From Deltaproteobacteria bacterium (GTDB lineage Bacteria > SAR324 > JACQKK01): a DNA stretch of 64,000 nucleotides. Positions within the stretch are counted from its first letter, which is position 1; every line of letters begins with the position of its first letter. The position numbers and the translations under genes are program-made. The stretch is taken from positions 9,939 through 73,938 of the forward strand of contig JAOUEW010000008.1 of NCBI GenBank assembly GCA_029858505.1. Reading direction: 5' to 3'. This document shows, piece after piece, positions 47,068 to 57,399 of the stretch. A model generated the notes under the pieces. That model did no database searches. It worked only from the letters and a program-made list of their open reading frames with translations, and was not told the origin of the DNA.

Positions 47068-49602
47068 ATGCCAAAATCTATTCTGATTCTGGAGGAAAAC
47101 TCGGTTGTTCACGGGCTGATTGCCTCCTCCCTCGACGTGGAAGGGGTCACCCTGCATCACGAGTTTGATCCGGCCCGCTTCTTGGAAAAAGTGAAAGAAG
47201 TCCGCCCGGACCTCATCCTGATCAGCAATGAGGAACACCAACAGGGTTACCCCGTGTGCCGCCACCTGGGTGCCGATAAAGCATTTTCAGCCATACCATT
47301 GATTCTGCTGGCCAATTCCAGAGATTTTTTAGAGCCCCAAACCCTGAAAGACCTGCGCATTTCTGGGGTGATTCGCAAGCCCTTCGAGGCGGGAGACATT
47401 CAGCAGCAGGTGAGCAAGCACCTGGATTTGAACGATTTCATGGAATCCTCCTTCGAATTCCGCCGCTCTGGGGCCACTGGAGAGGACACCCCCCATCCCT
47501 TGTCGGGGGTGAAGGTGCTGGATTCGGATGTGTTGGGGTTGCTCCAAGATGACCCCGAAATCCCTGAAGAAGAAGCCATTCCAGACGTAAACTTTAACCA
47601 GGACCTGGAAACCGAGGGTTGGGGTGCCCAGGCGGCAGCCCCGGCGGCCCAGCCCACCCGACCGTTTGCCCCACAGGCCCCTGCTCCGAACGCGTTTCAA
47701 CCCCAAGTTGAGACCCAACAAGATTTTTCGGTGGATTCCTTCCAGGAAGAACCCTACCCGACAGAGACCTTCCCATCAGAGGACTTCCAGCCGGAAGAAA
47801 TCACCGAGTTGGGCGGCCAGGATATTCTATCGGCCCCCCAGCCCGGCCGAGGGGGCATGGCCCCGGCCTTCATGGAACAGCCCCTGAGAACAACCCCCCA
47901 GCCCCCTGCCGTGGAACCGGAGAGGGTGGAAGTGGAAATTCACGCCGAAGAAATCGATTTTCAGCGGATGAGCGCTTCGCTGCAAAGCGGAATTACCTTG
48001 TTTGAGGAAACCCCGGCCCCGCCCTCCCGCTCCTTCACGACCCCCGAGCCCTCTCGCCCGGCTGGCAAGCCAGCAAGCCAGTTTACTTCCCAGCCGGCCC
48101 CCCAGCCCGAACCCATGGTGGAGGCCTCGTCTTTCGACAGTTGGAACGCCGGGGAAGAATTTGACGCCCCTGCCCAGCCTGTGGCTCAACCCGCAGCCAA
48201 ACCCGTTGCCCAACCGGCCCCCCAGCCTGAGCCAGGGATGGAGCCCCTCGACAGTTGGAGCTCCGAGGAAGACTTTGCGGCCCCCTCCCTGGATGCCGAT
48301 GAAACCGGGTTTGAAACCGATCTGTCCTCGGCGGAAGAAGAAGAACTGCCCGACGCGGTCCGCCGGATGACCGAAATGAACTCGCCCCTGTCCATGACCC
48401 CAGAGGAACGGGCTACGATGGTGGAGGGCATGGCCCAAGAGGAAGGGGTGACCTTCGATTCTTCCGATGCCGAACTGTCTTCCATGGCCGACGACATGCG
48501 CAGCGTGGAGCTGGGCCAGCCCGAACCCTCGGCCTTCGAGGCCGCCCTGCCGACCCAAAACATTCCCCGGCGGGCGCCCGAACCAGAGTTTTTCACCACC
48601 CCGGATACCTTCAACGCAAACCCGGCAGACACCGCCAAACCTGTCCAAACCGGCCCGGATACCTGGGAATCTCCCTACCTGGAAAGCCCGCTGGAATACA
48701 GCATCGAGGAAGAATCCCTGACGGCGGACCCCTTTACCCCAGCGGCGCCCGCCCCGCGGGAAACACCCGACTTCCAGTTTGATGACGGCATGACCTATGA
48801 CACCGGAGAATCTTCCGTGCCCCCGGCCAGCAGCGGCCTGGATGCCTTTGAGGCCGAAACCATGGAGGGGCTGGACAGCATGACCCGCTCCTTTGAAGAA
48901 AAGCATTCCACCGAAACCCCCATGGAGTTCACGCCAGAAATTCATCACGAGAGCCCAGGATGGGAATTCGATGGAGCGGCCCCAGAACCCGTCAAAGAAG
49001 AGCCCCTGGCCCTGGATGGATTTTCACGGTCCACCAGCCCCGCCTCGGGAGGGTTAGAAGACCTGGAGGGCGTTCCCTCGTTTGACGAGCAAGAATTTTC
49101 CTTCGACGGGGGTGGGTCCTCTGCCGGAGGCTGGGATTCTTCTCCCCAGGGCGGTGAAAGCGATGGCTTTGATGACGCCCTGAGTATGCTGCGGGAAGAA
49201 ATTTACGCCCACCCGGAAGGCGAGCGGCTGGATGACCTGCTGACCCACGAGGCCGTGCAAGAAGCCGCCGCCAAGTTGGAAATGCCTTCGTTCTCTTCCC
49301 ACTCCACCTACATTCGGGCCATGGGGGTTTCGGTGCTCCCCGCCCAAGGAGACGTAGCCCCCCAAGAGGATGGATTAGACCAAGGCATGTTTGAAACCGA
49401 TTGGGCCAACCCCCCCACCAGATTTCAGCCCCCCGCCGGAGACCTGGACGGCCCCCACGCCTACCTGGACGAAGCCAGCATGGCCAAGCTGAACACTGTG
49501 CTAGACGAGGTGATTTCCACCTCGGTGCGCAGGGCGCTGGAAGAAGAAGTGCCCAAGATGATTCAAAAAGCCAGGCAGGATAAAGGACGGCATGGAGCTT
49601 GA
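47068..49602 (+). CDS. Response-regulator receiver fused to a long acidic, Pro/Glu/Asp-rich disordered region with internal repeats.
   Basis: Receiver ILILEENSVVHGLIASSL...DLILISNEE...IPLILLAN (phospho-acceptor Asp context retained). About 700 aa of low-complexity sequence with duplicated QPAPQPEP...DSW..EE(F/D)..AP blocks. Confidence 0.6.
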   Translation: MPKSILILEENSVVHGLIASSLDVEGVTLHHEFDPARFLEKVKEVRPDLILISNEEHQQGYPVCRHLGADKAFSAIPLILLANSRDFLEPQTLKDLRISGVIRKPFEAGDIQQQVSKHLDLNDFMESSFEFRRSGATGEDTPHPLSGVKVLDSDVLGLLQDDPEIPEEEAIPDVNFNQDLETEGWGAQAAAPAAQPTRPFAPQAPAPNAFQPQVETQQDFSVDSFQEEPYPTETFPSEDFQPEEITELGGQDILSAPQPGRGGMAPAFMEQPLRTTPQPPAVEPERVEVEIHAEEIDFQRMSASLQSGITLFEETPAPPSRSFTTPEPSRPAGKPASQFTSQPAPQPEPMVEASSFDSWNAGEEFDAPAQPVAQPAAKPVAQPAPQPEPGMEPLDSWSSEEDFAAPSLDADETGFETDLSSAEEEELPDAVRRMTEMNSPLSMTPEERATMVEGMAQEEGVTFDSSDAELSSMADDMRSVELGQPEPSAFEAALPTQNIPRRAPEPEFFTTPDTFNANPADTAKPVQTGPDTWESPYLESPLEYSIEEESLTADPFTPAAPAPRETPDFQFDDGMTYDTGESSVPPASSGLDAFEAETMEGLDSMTRSFEEKHSTETPMEFTPEIHHESPGWEFDGAAPEPVKEEPLALDGFSRSTSPASGGLEDLEGVPSFDEQEFSFDGGGSSAGGWDSSPQGGESDGFDDALSMLREEIYAHPEGERLDDLLTHEAVQEAAAKLEMPSFSSHSTYIRAMGVSVLPAQGDVAPQEDGLDQGMFETDWANPPTRFQPPAGDLDGPHAYLDEASMAKLNTVLDEVISTSVRRALEEEVPKMIQKARQDKGRHGA

Positions 49603-52246
49603 CCGTTATTCCCCCGCCCTGCTGGAGGAAAAGTGGTACCGTTACTGGACGGATCGGGGGTTGTTTCAACCCTCCATGGATAAGAACCGCCCGCCCTTCT
49701 GCATCGTCATTCCCCCGCCCAACGTCACCGGCTCCCTGCACATGGGCCACGCCTGGGACAACACCCTCCAGGATTTGTTGATCCGCTGGGAGCGGATGCG
49801 CGGCAAAAACACCCTGTGGGTCCCCGGCACCGACCACGCTGGCATTGCCACCCAATGGATGGTGGAAAAAATGCTGCGGAAAGACGGCAAAACCAAGGAA
49901 GGCCTGGGGCGGGAGGCATTTCTCAAAACCACCCACGCCTTCGCCGAAGAATCGAAGCGAACCATTACCGGCCAGCTGCGGCGGCTGGGGGTTTCGTGCG
50001 ACTGGAGCCGGGAACGGTTTACCCTGGACGAAGGCCTGACCCGGGCGGTTCGGCGGGAATTCGTGGAACTGCACCGCCGGGGGCTGGTGCGCCGCGACAA
50101 ACGCCTGGTGAACTGGTGCCCCCGCTGCCTCACCGCCCTGTCAGACTTGGAGGTGAACCACGAGGAAAAAGAAGGGGGCATGTGGCACATTCGCTACCCC
50201 CTGGCCCAAGGCGGGGGGCACATCGTGGTGGCCACCACCCGCCCGGAAACCCTGCTGGGAGACACCGCCGTGGCGGTGCACCCAGAAGATGAACGCTACA
50301 AGGACCTGGTGGGCAAAATGGTGAACCTGCCCCTCACGGGGCGGGCCATTCCCATCGTGGCCGATGACTACTGCGACCCCTCGTTTGGCTCTGGCGCGGT
50401 GAAGGTGACCCCAGGCCACGACCCCAACGACTTTGCCATCGGCCAGCGGCACAACCTGCCCATCCTCACCGTGATGAACGACGACGCCACCCTCAACGAC
50501 CTGGCGCCAGAAGCCTATCGGGGGATGGACCGGTTCAAGGCCCGCCAGCAAATGGTGGAGGACCTGGCCGCCCAGGGGCTGCTGGAAGGCCACAAAAAAC
50601 ACGTGCACATGGTGGGGGGGTGCAGCCGCTGCCACACCGTGGTGGAACCCCGGGTGTCGCTGCAGTGGTTCGTGAGCATGGAGGCCATGGCCCGCCGGGC
50701 GGTGGAAGCCGTGCGCTCGAAGCAGATAGAACTGCTGCCAGACTATCAGGAAAAGATTTTCTACGAGTGGATGAACAACATCCAAGACTGGTGCGTGTCT
50801 CGCCAGTTGTGGTGGGGCCACCGCATTCCGGTGTGGTACTGCAGCGCTTGCGGAACGGAACACGTGTCGGAGCAAGACTTGGCCGCCTGCCCGGCCTGCG
50901 GCGGGGGGCTAACCCAGGACCCCGACGTGCTGGACACCTGGTTCTCCTCGGGATTGTGGCCGTTTTCGGTGATGGGCTGGCCGGAGAACACCCCAGAGCT
51001 GAAGACCTTTTACCCCACTTCGGTGTTGGTCACCGGGTATGATATTCTGTTCTTCTGGGTGGCCCGCATGGCCATGCTGGGGCTGACCTTCATGGATGAG
51101 GTCCCTTTCCGCCAGGTATTTTTGCACGGCTTGCTGCGCGACAAAAACGGCGAGAAAATGTCGAAGACCAAGGGGAACGGCATTGACCCCCTGGAGGTGA
51201 TTGACCAGCACGGCGCCGACGCCCTGCGCTTTACCCTGGCCGCCCAAACCGTGATGGGCAAAGATATGTCGCTGTCGGAAGCGGCCATTGTGGGCTACCG
51301 GAACTTCATCAACAAAATCTGGAACGCCACCCGCTTTTACCTGGGCCACCAGGAACGCCTGGGGCCGCCCCCAGCCTGGCAGGGCCGGGCCCTGGGGCCC
51401 TTCGATCAGTGGATTCTCTCCCGGGCCGACCTGGCCGCGGGCGAGGCCAACCGCCACATGGAGGCCCGCCGCTTCAACGAAGCGGCCAAGGCCTTGTATC
51501 AGTTTGTGTGGGGCGAACTGTGCGATTGGTATGTGGAAACCGCCAAGCCTTCGCTCACCGGCGGCGATGCCCAGCGGGCCCTCACCACCCTGGGGGTTCT
51601 GCGGAGCGTGCTGGACCAGGCCCTGCGCCTGCTGCACCCCTTCATGCCTTTTGTCACCGAAGAACTGTGGCAGGCCCTGCGGGGAGACGCCCAGGAAAAC
51701 GAACGGCAGGGCCTGAGCGTGATGGTGCAGCCCTACCCCCAAGGAGGGGAGTACGCGGCCCCGGCGGAGCAGGTGGCCCGGGCCGGAGGGGTGATTGCCG
51801 TGGTGGAAGCCCTGCGGGCCATCCGAGGGGAATACAACGTGCCCCCCAAGCACAAAATCGAAGCGGTGCTGGTGACCACCCGGGACGACCTAAAATTGGC
51901 GGTGGAGGGCGAGGGCGACATGCTGCGCTTCTTGGCGGGGGTGGCCCGGCTCGACATCGCCCCGGCCCAGGCCGAACGCAAAGGGTACAGTTCCGCCGTG
52001 GGGGAAGGATTCGAGGTGCTGGTGTCGCTGGCGGGGCTGGTAGACACCGCCGCGGAACGCGCCCGGATGGGCAAAGAAATGGGGCGGCTGAAAGAAAAAG
52101 CGGAGATGCTGGCCGCCAAGCTGGACAACCCAGCCTTCCGCGACAAAGCCCCCCCGGCGGTCATTGAAAAAAACCGGGCAGAACTGGCCAGCCTGGAAGA
52201 ACAAATGGCCGCCCTGGCCAACAGCCTAGAGGCCCTGCCAGGATAG
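49592..52246 (+). CDS. valS: Valine--tRNA ligase.
   Basis: Class I HIGH (PPPNVTGSLHMGHA) and KMSKS (EKMSKTKGN) motifs, plus a C-terminal coiled coil. 884 aa. Confidence 0.95.
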   Translation: MELDRYSPALLEEKWYRYWTDRGLFQPSMDKNRPPFCIVIPPPNVTGSLHMGHAWDNTLQDLLIRWERMRGKNTLWVPGTDHAGIATQWMVEKMLRKDGKTKEGLGREAFLKTTHAFAEESKRTITGQLRRLGVSCDWSRERFTLDEGLTRAVRREFVELHRRGLVRRDKRLVNWCPRCLTALSDLEVNHEEKEGGMWHIRYPLAQGGGHIVVATTRPETLLGDTAVAVHPEDERYKDLVGKMVNLPLTGRAIPIVADDYCDPSFGSGAVKVTPGHDPNDFAIGQRHNLPILTVMNDDATLNDLAPEAYRGMDRFKARQQMVEDLAAQGLLEGHKKHVHMVGGCSRCHTVVEPRVSLQWFVSMEAMARRAVEAVRSKQIELLPDYQEKIFYEWMNNIQDWCVSRQLWWGHRIPVWYCSACGTEHVSEQDLAACPACGGGLTQDPDVLDTWFSSGLWPFSVMGWPENTPELKTFYPTSVLVTGYDILFFWVARMAMLGLTFMDEVPFRQVFLHGLLRDKNGEKMSKTKGNGIDPLEVIDQHGADALRFTLAAQTVMGKDMSLSEAAIVGYRNFINKIWNATRFYLGHQERLGPPPAWQGRALGPFDQWILSRADLAAGEANRHMEARRFNEAAKALYQFVWGELCDWYVETAKPSLTGGDAQRALTTLGVLRSVLDQALRLLHPFMPFVTEELWQALRGDAQENERQGLSVMVQPYPQGGEYAAPAEQVARAGGVIAVVEALRAIRGEYNVPPKHKIEAVLVTTRDDLKLAVEGEGDMLRFLAGVARLDIAPAQAERKGYSSAVGEGFEVLVSLAGLVDTAAERARMGKEMGRLKEKAEMLAAKLDNPAFRDKAPPAVIEKNRAELASLEEQMAALANSLEALPG

Positions 52247-52465
52247 CCCCAGCGCGAAGCAGAACGGGGAACGCACGCAACCCGCGCGAAATTCCTGACG
52301 AACACCTGATTTTACCGAAGGCCATTTTAGTAAGCCAAGGGGCATCAAAGACCACAGCCCCCGAAGTTTTTCATCCATGGAGACCGAATCTGCCCTGGCT
52401 TCAACATGCCTTGGGTGTTCAACATCACGACGTCAACCGACGTATTCTTTTGAGCGAAAACCACC

Positions 52466-54052
52466 ATGACCCACAAAATTCTCATCACTGGCGCCCTGGA
52501 CCCCCTGGCCCTGGAAATCTTCTCCAAGGCCAAAGACGTGAGCGTGGACTACAAGCCCGACATTCCCTACGCCGAGGTGCTGAAGATCATCGGCGACTAC
52601 CACGCCCACGTCAGCCGGTCGGAAACCGACGTGACGGCGGAGATGATTGACAAGGGGGTGAACCTGAAGGTCATCGCCCGGGCGGCGGTGGGCATTGGCA
52701 ACATTGCCGTGGAGCACGCCACCGAGAAGGGCATTCTGGTGATCAACACCCCAGGCAAAAACACCAACTCGGCGGCAGAGCTGGCCTGGGCCCTGCTGCT
52801 GGCCGCCATGCGCAAGGTGGTGAGCGCCCACCTGAACGTGGCCGGGGGCGGCTGGAACCGCCACAAGTTCACCGGCAGCGAACTGATGGGCCGCACCATC
52901 GGCATCATCGGCCTGGGCAACGTGGGGCACCGGGTGGCCCGCTTTGCCAACGGGTTCGACATGAAAGTGCTGGCCTACGACCCCTACATTGCCGATGAGG
53001 TGTTTGAGTCTCACCAGGCCCAGAAAGTGGACCTGGCCACCCTGCTGGCCCAGTCGGACGTGGTGAGCCTGCACGTGCCCAAGACCAAAGAGACCACCAA
53101 CATGATTTCCGCCAAGGAAATTGCCCTGATGAAAGACGGGGCCGTGCTGCTGAACACCGCCCGGGGCGGGGTGGTGAACGAAAAAGCCCTGGTGGAAGCC
53201 CTGACCGCTGGCAAACTTTCCGCCGCGGGCATTGATACCTTCGACGTGGAGCCCCCCAAAGACAACCCCCTGGCCAAACTGGACAACGTGGTGCTCACCC
53301 CCCACATTGGGGCCTCGACCCTGGAAGCCCAGCTGCGCATCGCCGAGTCGATTTCCACCCAAACCATCCGCGCCCTGCGGGGCGAAGTGGTGGATTACCC
53401 GGTGAACATGCCCCGCATGAAGTCCATGATGACCCCCCTGGCCAAATACTACACGGTGCTGGCGGAAAAACTGGGGGTCATCGCCTGCCAGTCGTTAACC
53501 TTCAACCCCCGGCAAATCAGCCTGCTGTACCGGGGGGCCCTAAAGCGCGATGAAGGCGAACTGGTGCGCATGGCCTTCCTCAAGGGCTTCTTAACCATCT
53601 CGGCGGGGGCCAACATTACATTCGTGAATGCCGACAAAACCGCGGCCCAGCGGGGCATTCAGGTGCAAGAAGACGCCGACCCCGGATTCGCCGATTATCA
53701 CTCGGCGGTCAAGGTGGTCATTACCGACAACGAGCACACCTTTACCATCGGCGGGGTGGTGTTTGGCGAGAACAACTACCGGCTGAGCCTGATCAACAAC
53801 TTCGCCTTCGAGGTGGTGCCGGAAGGCCACATGCTCACCATGGTCAACCGGGACCGCCCGGGGGTCATCGGCAAGGTGGGCACCCTGCTGGCCGAAGGCG
53901 AGGTAAACATCTCTCAGTTTGAACTGGCCCGCAACCGCCCCGGCGGAGAGGCCATGAGCGTCATCCGGGTAGACTCCCCCGTGCCCGAAGCGGTCATCGC
54001 CAAAATTCGGGAACTTCCCTTTGTGCTGTCGGTGGTTCCCATCACGGTGTAG
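52466..54052 (+). CDS. serA: D-3-phosphoglycerate dehydrogenase (long form with ASB and ACT domains).
   Basis: NAD-binding GIIGLGNVGHRVA, catalytic His/Glu region, 528 aa. Confidence 0.9.
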   Translation: MTHKILITGALDPLALEIFSKAKDVSVDYKPDIPYAEVLKIIGDYHAHVSRSETDVTAEMIDKGVNLKVIARAAVGIGNIAVEHATEKGILVINTPGKNTNSAAELAWALLLAAMRKVVSAHLNVAGGGWNRHKFTGSELMGRTIGIIGLGNVGHRVARFANGFDMKVLAYDPYIADEVFESHQAQKVDLATLLAQSDVVSLHVPKTKETTNMISAKEIALMKDGAVLLNTARGGVVNEKALVEALTAGKLSAAGIDTFDVEPPKDNPLAKLDNVVLTPHIGASTLEAQLRIAESISTQTIRALRGEVVDYPVNMPRMKSMMTPLAKYYTVLAEKLGVIACQSLTFNPRQISLLYRGALKRDEGELVRMAFLKGFLTISAGANITFVNADKTAAQRGIQVQEDADPGFADYHSAVKVVITDNEHTFTIGGVVFGENNYRLSLINNFAFEVVPEGHMLTMVNRDRPGVIGKVGTLLAEGEVNISQFELARNRPGGEAMSVIRVDSPVPEAVIAKIRELPFVLSVVPITV

Positions 54053-54054
54053 CC

Positions 54055-54267
54055 ATGCCCCAAGACCTGGGCAAAACCCTGATCGTTGTGGGGCTGGGGC
54101 TGGCGGCCCTGGGGGTATTGTTCACCCTGGGAAAAAGCCTGGGTTTGGGCCGCCTGCCAGGGGATTTCCTCCTCAAGCGAGAGAACGTCACCCTTTATTT
54201 TCCCCTGGCCACCAGCGTGTTGCTGTCGGTGGGGCTTTCCCTGGTGTTTTGGCTGTTCCGCCGGTAA
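54055..54267 (+). CDS. DUF2905 small membrane protein.
   Basis: 70 aa, two TM helices, LPGDFLLKREN motif. Confidence 0.55.
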   Translation: MPQDLGKTLIVVGLGLAALGVLFTLGKSLGLGRLPGDFLLKRENVTLYFPLATSVLLSVGLSLVFWLFRR

Positions 54268-54461
54268 GTCCACAATTCCCGCCCTATTTGTTCTATTCTT
54301 TTTATATATATTGCCCTGTCTCTTGCCCCCTTTTTTCCGTTGTCTTCCAATCAAATCAACCCCCTCTTTGTTCTACGGATCCTTTTTTCTGGGATTGTCG
54401 TATATTGAAACAGTGCGTTCTTTTTTGGAGCATCTCCTGAGCATCCCGATCCCAGGTTCCC

Positions 54462-55931
54462 ATGACCGCTGCCCCCCCGGAAAACGAATCTGCCCCCACT
54501 TCCCCCCCGCCCTACAACGTACTGCTGTGCATCGCCGACCCCCGGATGCGTCAATTGCTGGCGTTTAGCTTCCGACGGAGTCAATTGCACGTGGTGGAAA
54601 CCTCCACCGCCCAAGAGGTGCTGGCCCAAAGCAAACAGATGAACTCCTACGCCGCGGTGTGCGTATGCGACCTTCCCCCCCAGGGGATGGACGGAGTGGC
54701 CTTTCTGCGGGCCATGCAAAAAGCCTCAGTCTATCATCCCGTGGTGATGATCACCGAGGATGTGTCTCCGGCGGAATTGATCCGGCTGGAAAAAGCCGAT
54801 GTGTACCGGGTGATCAAGCGAGACGTGGGGCTGGAAGACCTGCGCATGACGGTGCGAAACGCCATGGTGTTCTCTCATCTGCAGATCCGGGTAGAGCAGA
54901 TGGAGCAGGAGCATCAAGGCATCATCCCCGACATGATTGGCAGCAGCGCGGCCATTGTAAAGGTGCGAAAACTGGTGAACAAAGCCCTGAACCGGGATAT
55001 TACCGTTTTGCTGGAGGGAGAAAGCGGCACGGGAAAGGAACTGGTGGCCCGGGCCATTCACACCCAATCCAACCGCAAGGAGCACAAATTCGTGGCCATC
55101 AACTGCGCGGCCATCAACCCCACCCTGCTCGACAGCCAGCTGTTCGGCCACGAGCGGGGAGCCTTCACCGGCGCCATCAACCGCCAGGTGGGCCGGTTTC
55201 AAGAGGCCGACGGCGGAACGTTGTTCTTGGATGAAGTGGGGGATTTAAGCATGGAGCTTCAGGCCAAACTGCTGCGGGTCATCCAAACCCGGGTGGTGGC
55301 CCCCCTGGGTGGAAAGGAAACCAAGGTCGACGTGCGGCTGGTCTCGGCCACCAACGTGGATTTGCAGGCCGCCGTGCGCGCCGGGCGGTTCCGCCAAGAT
55401 TTATACTACCGGCTGGCCGGGTACCCTATTCCTCTTCCCCCCCTGCGTTCTCGGGGAGACGACGTGATCACTCTGGCTCGGTTCTTCTTGCAGCAGTTTG
55501 CCAAAAAGGAAAACAAAAAAATCCAGGGCATCAAGCCCGACGTGGAGAAAGCCCTGTTAAAACACAACTGGCCGGGGAACGTGCGGGAGCTGGAAAACAT
55601 GATCTTCCGCGCGGTGGTGATTTGCGAGGACAAAAAACTGTCCATGGAGGATTTCCCCGCCCTGCTGGGGGAAGACCTGCGGGAAAGCGCTCCTTTTCCG
55701 GCCCCGCCTGCCTGGGCTCCGCCAGCGCAGGCCGTGCCGGTGGCTGCCGCCCCTTCTTTTGGAACTCCAGAGCCTCCCGCCGGGCCGCAGTCGCTGGCCA
55801 ACCTGGAGGCCCATGCCATTCGCCACGCGGTGGAACAAGCCCGGGGAAACCTGAGTCTGGCCAGCCGGACCCTGGGCATCAGCCGGGCCACCTTGTATCG
55901 CAAGGTCGAACGCTACGGGCTGAAAATGTAA
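54462..55931 (+). CDS. Sigma-54-dependent transcriptional activator (NtrC family: receiver + AAA+ + Fis HTH).
   Basis: GESGTGKE Walker A, GAFTGA sigma-54 contact loop, and a C-terminal HTH (LASRTLGISRATLYRK). Confidence 0.9.
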   Translation: MTAAPPENESAPTSPPPYNVLLCIADPRMRQLLAFSFRRSQLHVVETSTAQEVLAQSKQMNSYAAVCVCDLPPQGMDGVAFLRAMQKASVYHPVVMITEDVSPAELIRLEKADVYRVIKRDVGLEDLRMTVRNAMVFSHLQIRVEQMEQEHQGIIPDMIGSSAAIVKVRKLVNKALNRDITVLLEGESGTGKELVARAIHTQSNRKEHKFVAINCAAINPTLLDSQLFGHERGAFTGAINRQVGRFQEADGGTLFLDEVGDLSMELQAKLLRVIQTRVVAPLGGKETKVDVRLVSATNVDLQAAVRAGRFRQDLYYRLAGYPIPLPPLRSRGDDVITLARFFLQQFAKKENKKIQGIKPDVEKALLKHNWPGNVRELENMIFRAVVICEDKKLSMEDFPALLGEDLRESAPFPAPPAWAPPAQAVPVAAAPSFGTPEPPAGPQSLANLEAHAIRHAVEQARGNLSLASRTLGISRATLYRKVERYGLKM

Positions 55932-56058
55932 GCTGGTCTTTTTTTCTTTTCCTCCCGTTTATGGTAGAGATTGACCAGACAAGAAAACGCCAAGAAACGA
56001 AAGCATCGCGCACAGAGAACACAGGCACTGAATCGTTCACCCCTTCCAGGGAATACCC

Positions 56059-57342
56059 ATGACCGACAAAGCAAAGCTAGACGTAGGCGGTAAAACCGTG
56101 GAACTCCCCCTGGTGGTGGGATCGGAAAAAGAGGTGGGAATTGATATTTCCGCCCTGCGCCAAGCCACCGGCGCTATTACCCTTGATTATGGCTACGGCA
56201 ACACGGGTTCTTGCGAAAGCGCCATTACTTTTCTCGATGGCGAGGAAGGCATTCTGCGCTATCGGGGTTATCCCATCGAGGACTTGGCCGAAAAATCGTC
56301 CTTTTTAGAGGTCAGCTACCTGCTGATCTACGGTGAACTGCCCACCCCCCAGCAGATGAAAGACTTCAACCGCAACATCGCCCGCCATTCCCTGCTGCAC
56401 GAAGACATGAAAAATATTTTTCAGGCCTTCCCGCCCGACGCCCACCCCATGGCCATCCTGGGGTCGGTGGTGTGCGCCCTGTCTACCTATTATCAGCACG
56501 GCGATGAAACCCATGAGGAAGGGCTGAATCAGTCGATTTACCGGCTGATGGGCAAGCTGCCCACCATTGCTTCCTTTGCCTATAAAAAATCCATCGGCCA
56601 GCCCTACATTTACCCCCGCACCGACCTGGATTATTGCACCAACTTTTTCCACCAAATGTTCGCCGTGCCCACCGAGCCCTACCCGGTGCATCCCGACATC
56701 GCCCGGGCGCTGGACGTTTTGTTGATTTTGCACGCCGACCACGAGCAAAACTGCTCCACCTCCACGGTGCGGTTGGTGGGCTCTAGCCAGGCCAACCTGT
56801 TCGCCTCCATCTCGGCGGGAATTTCAGCCCTGTGGGGGCCCCTGCACGGCGGGGCCAACCAAGCCGTGCTGGAAATGCTGGAGGCCATCAAGGCCGGCGG
56901 GGGAGACGTGAAGAAATACGTGGCCATGGCCAAAGACAAAAACTCCTCGTTTCGGCTGATGGGCTTTGGCCACCGGGTTTACAAAAACTTCGACCCCCGG
57001 GCCAAAATCATCAAAGCCCATGCCGACCGGGTACTGAGCCTGCTGGGGATGGACGACCCTTTGATCCACATTGCCCACGAGCTAGAGGAAGCCGCCCTGA
57101 AGGACGACTACTTCATTCAGCGCAAGTTGTATCCCAACGTGGATTTTTACAGCGGCATCATCTACCGGGCCTTGGGCATTCCCCAAAACATGTTCACGGT
57201 GATGTTCGCCATTGGGCGGCTGCCGGGCTGGATAGCCCATTGGAAGGAAATGAACCGCTCCGACAAAAACCGCATTGGCCGCCCCCGGCAAATTTACACC
57301 GGCAGCACCAAGCGGGAATACAACCCCATACACAAGCGGTAG
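56059..57342 (+). CDS. gltA: Citrate synthase (type II).
   Basis: GFGHRVYK and HADHEQN catalytic motifs. 427 aa. Confidence 0.9.
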   Translation: MTDKAKLDVGGKTVELPLVVGSEKEVGIDISALRQATGAITLDYGYGNTGSCESAITFLDGEEGILRYRGYPIEDLAEKSSFLEVSYLLIYGELPTPQQMKDFNRNIARHSLLHEDMKNIFQAFPPDAHPMAILGSVVCALSTYYQHGDETHEEGLNQSIYRLMGKLPTIASFAYKKSIGQPYIYPRTDLDYCTNFFHQMFAVPTEPYPVHPDIARALDVLLILHADHEQNCSTSTVRLVGSSQANLFASISAGISALWGPLHGGANQAVLEMLEAIKAGGGDVKKYVAMAKDKNSSFRLMGFGHRVYKNFDPRAKIIKAHADRVLSLLGMDDPLIHIAHELEEAALKDDYFIQRKLYPNVDFYSGIIYRALGIPQNMFTVMFAIGRLPGWIAHWKEMNRSDKNRIGRPRQIYTGSTKREYNPIHKR

Positions 57343-57361
57343 CGCGTGGCGTGGAAAATAA

Positions 57362-57399
57362 GACTGGGGGGTGAACCCCCCAGTCGCCTGTTTTTTCTT
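57362..57399 (+). terminator. Rho-independent terminator after gltA.
   Basis: GACTGGGGGGtgaaCCCCCCAGTC hairpin followed by a T-rich run (CCTGTTTTTTCTT). Confidence 0.65.
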
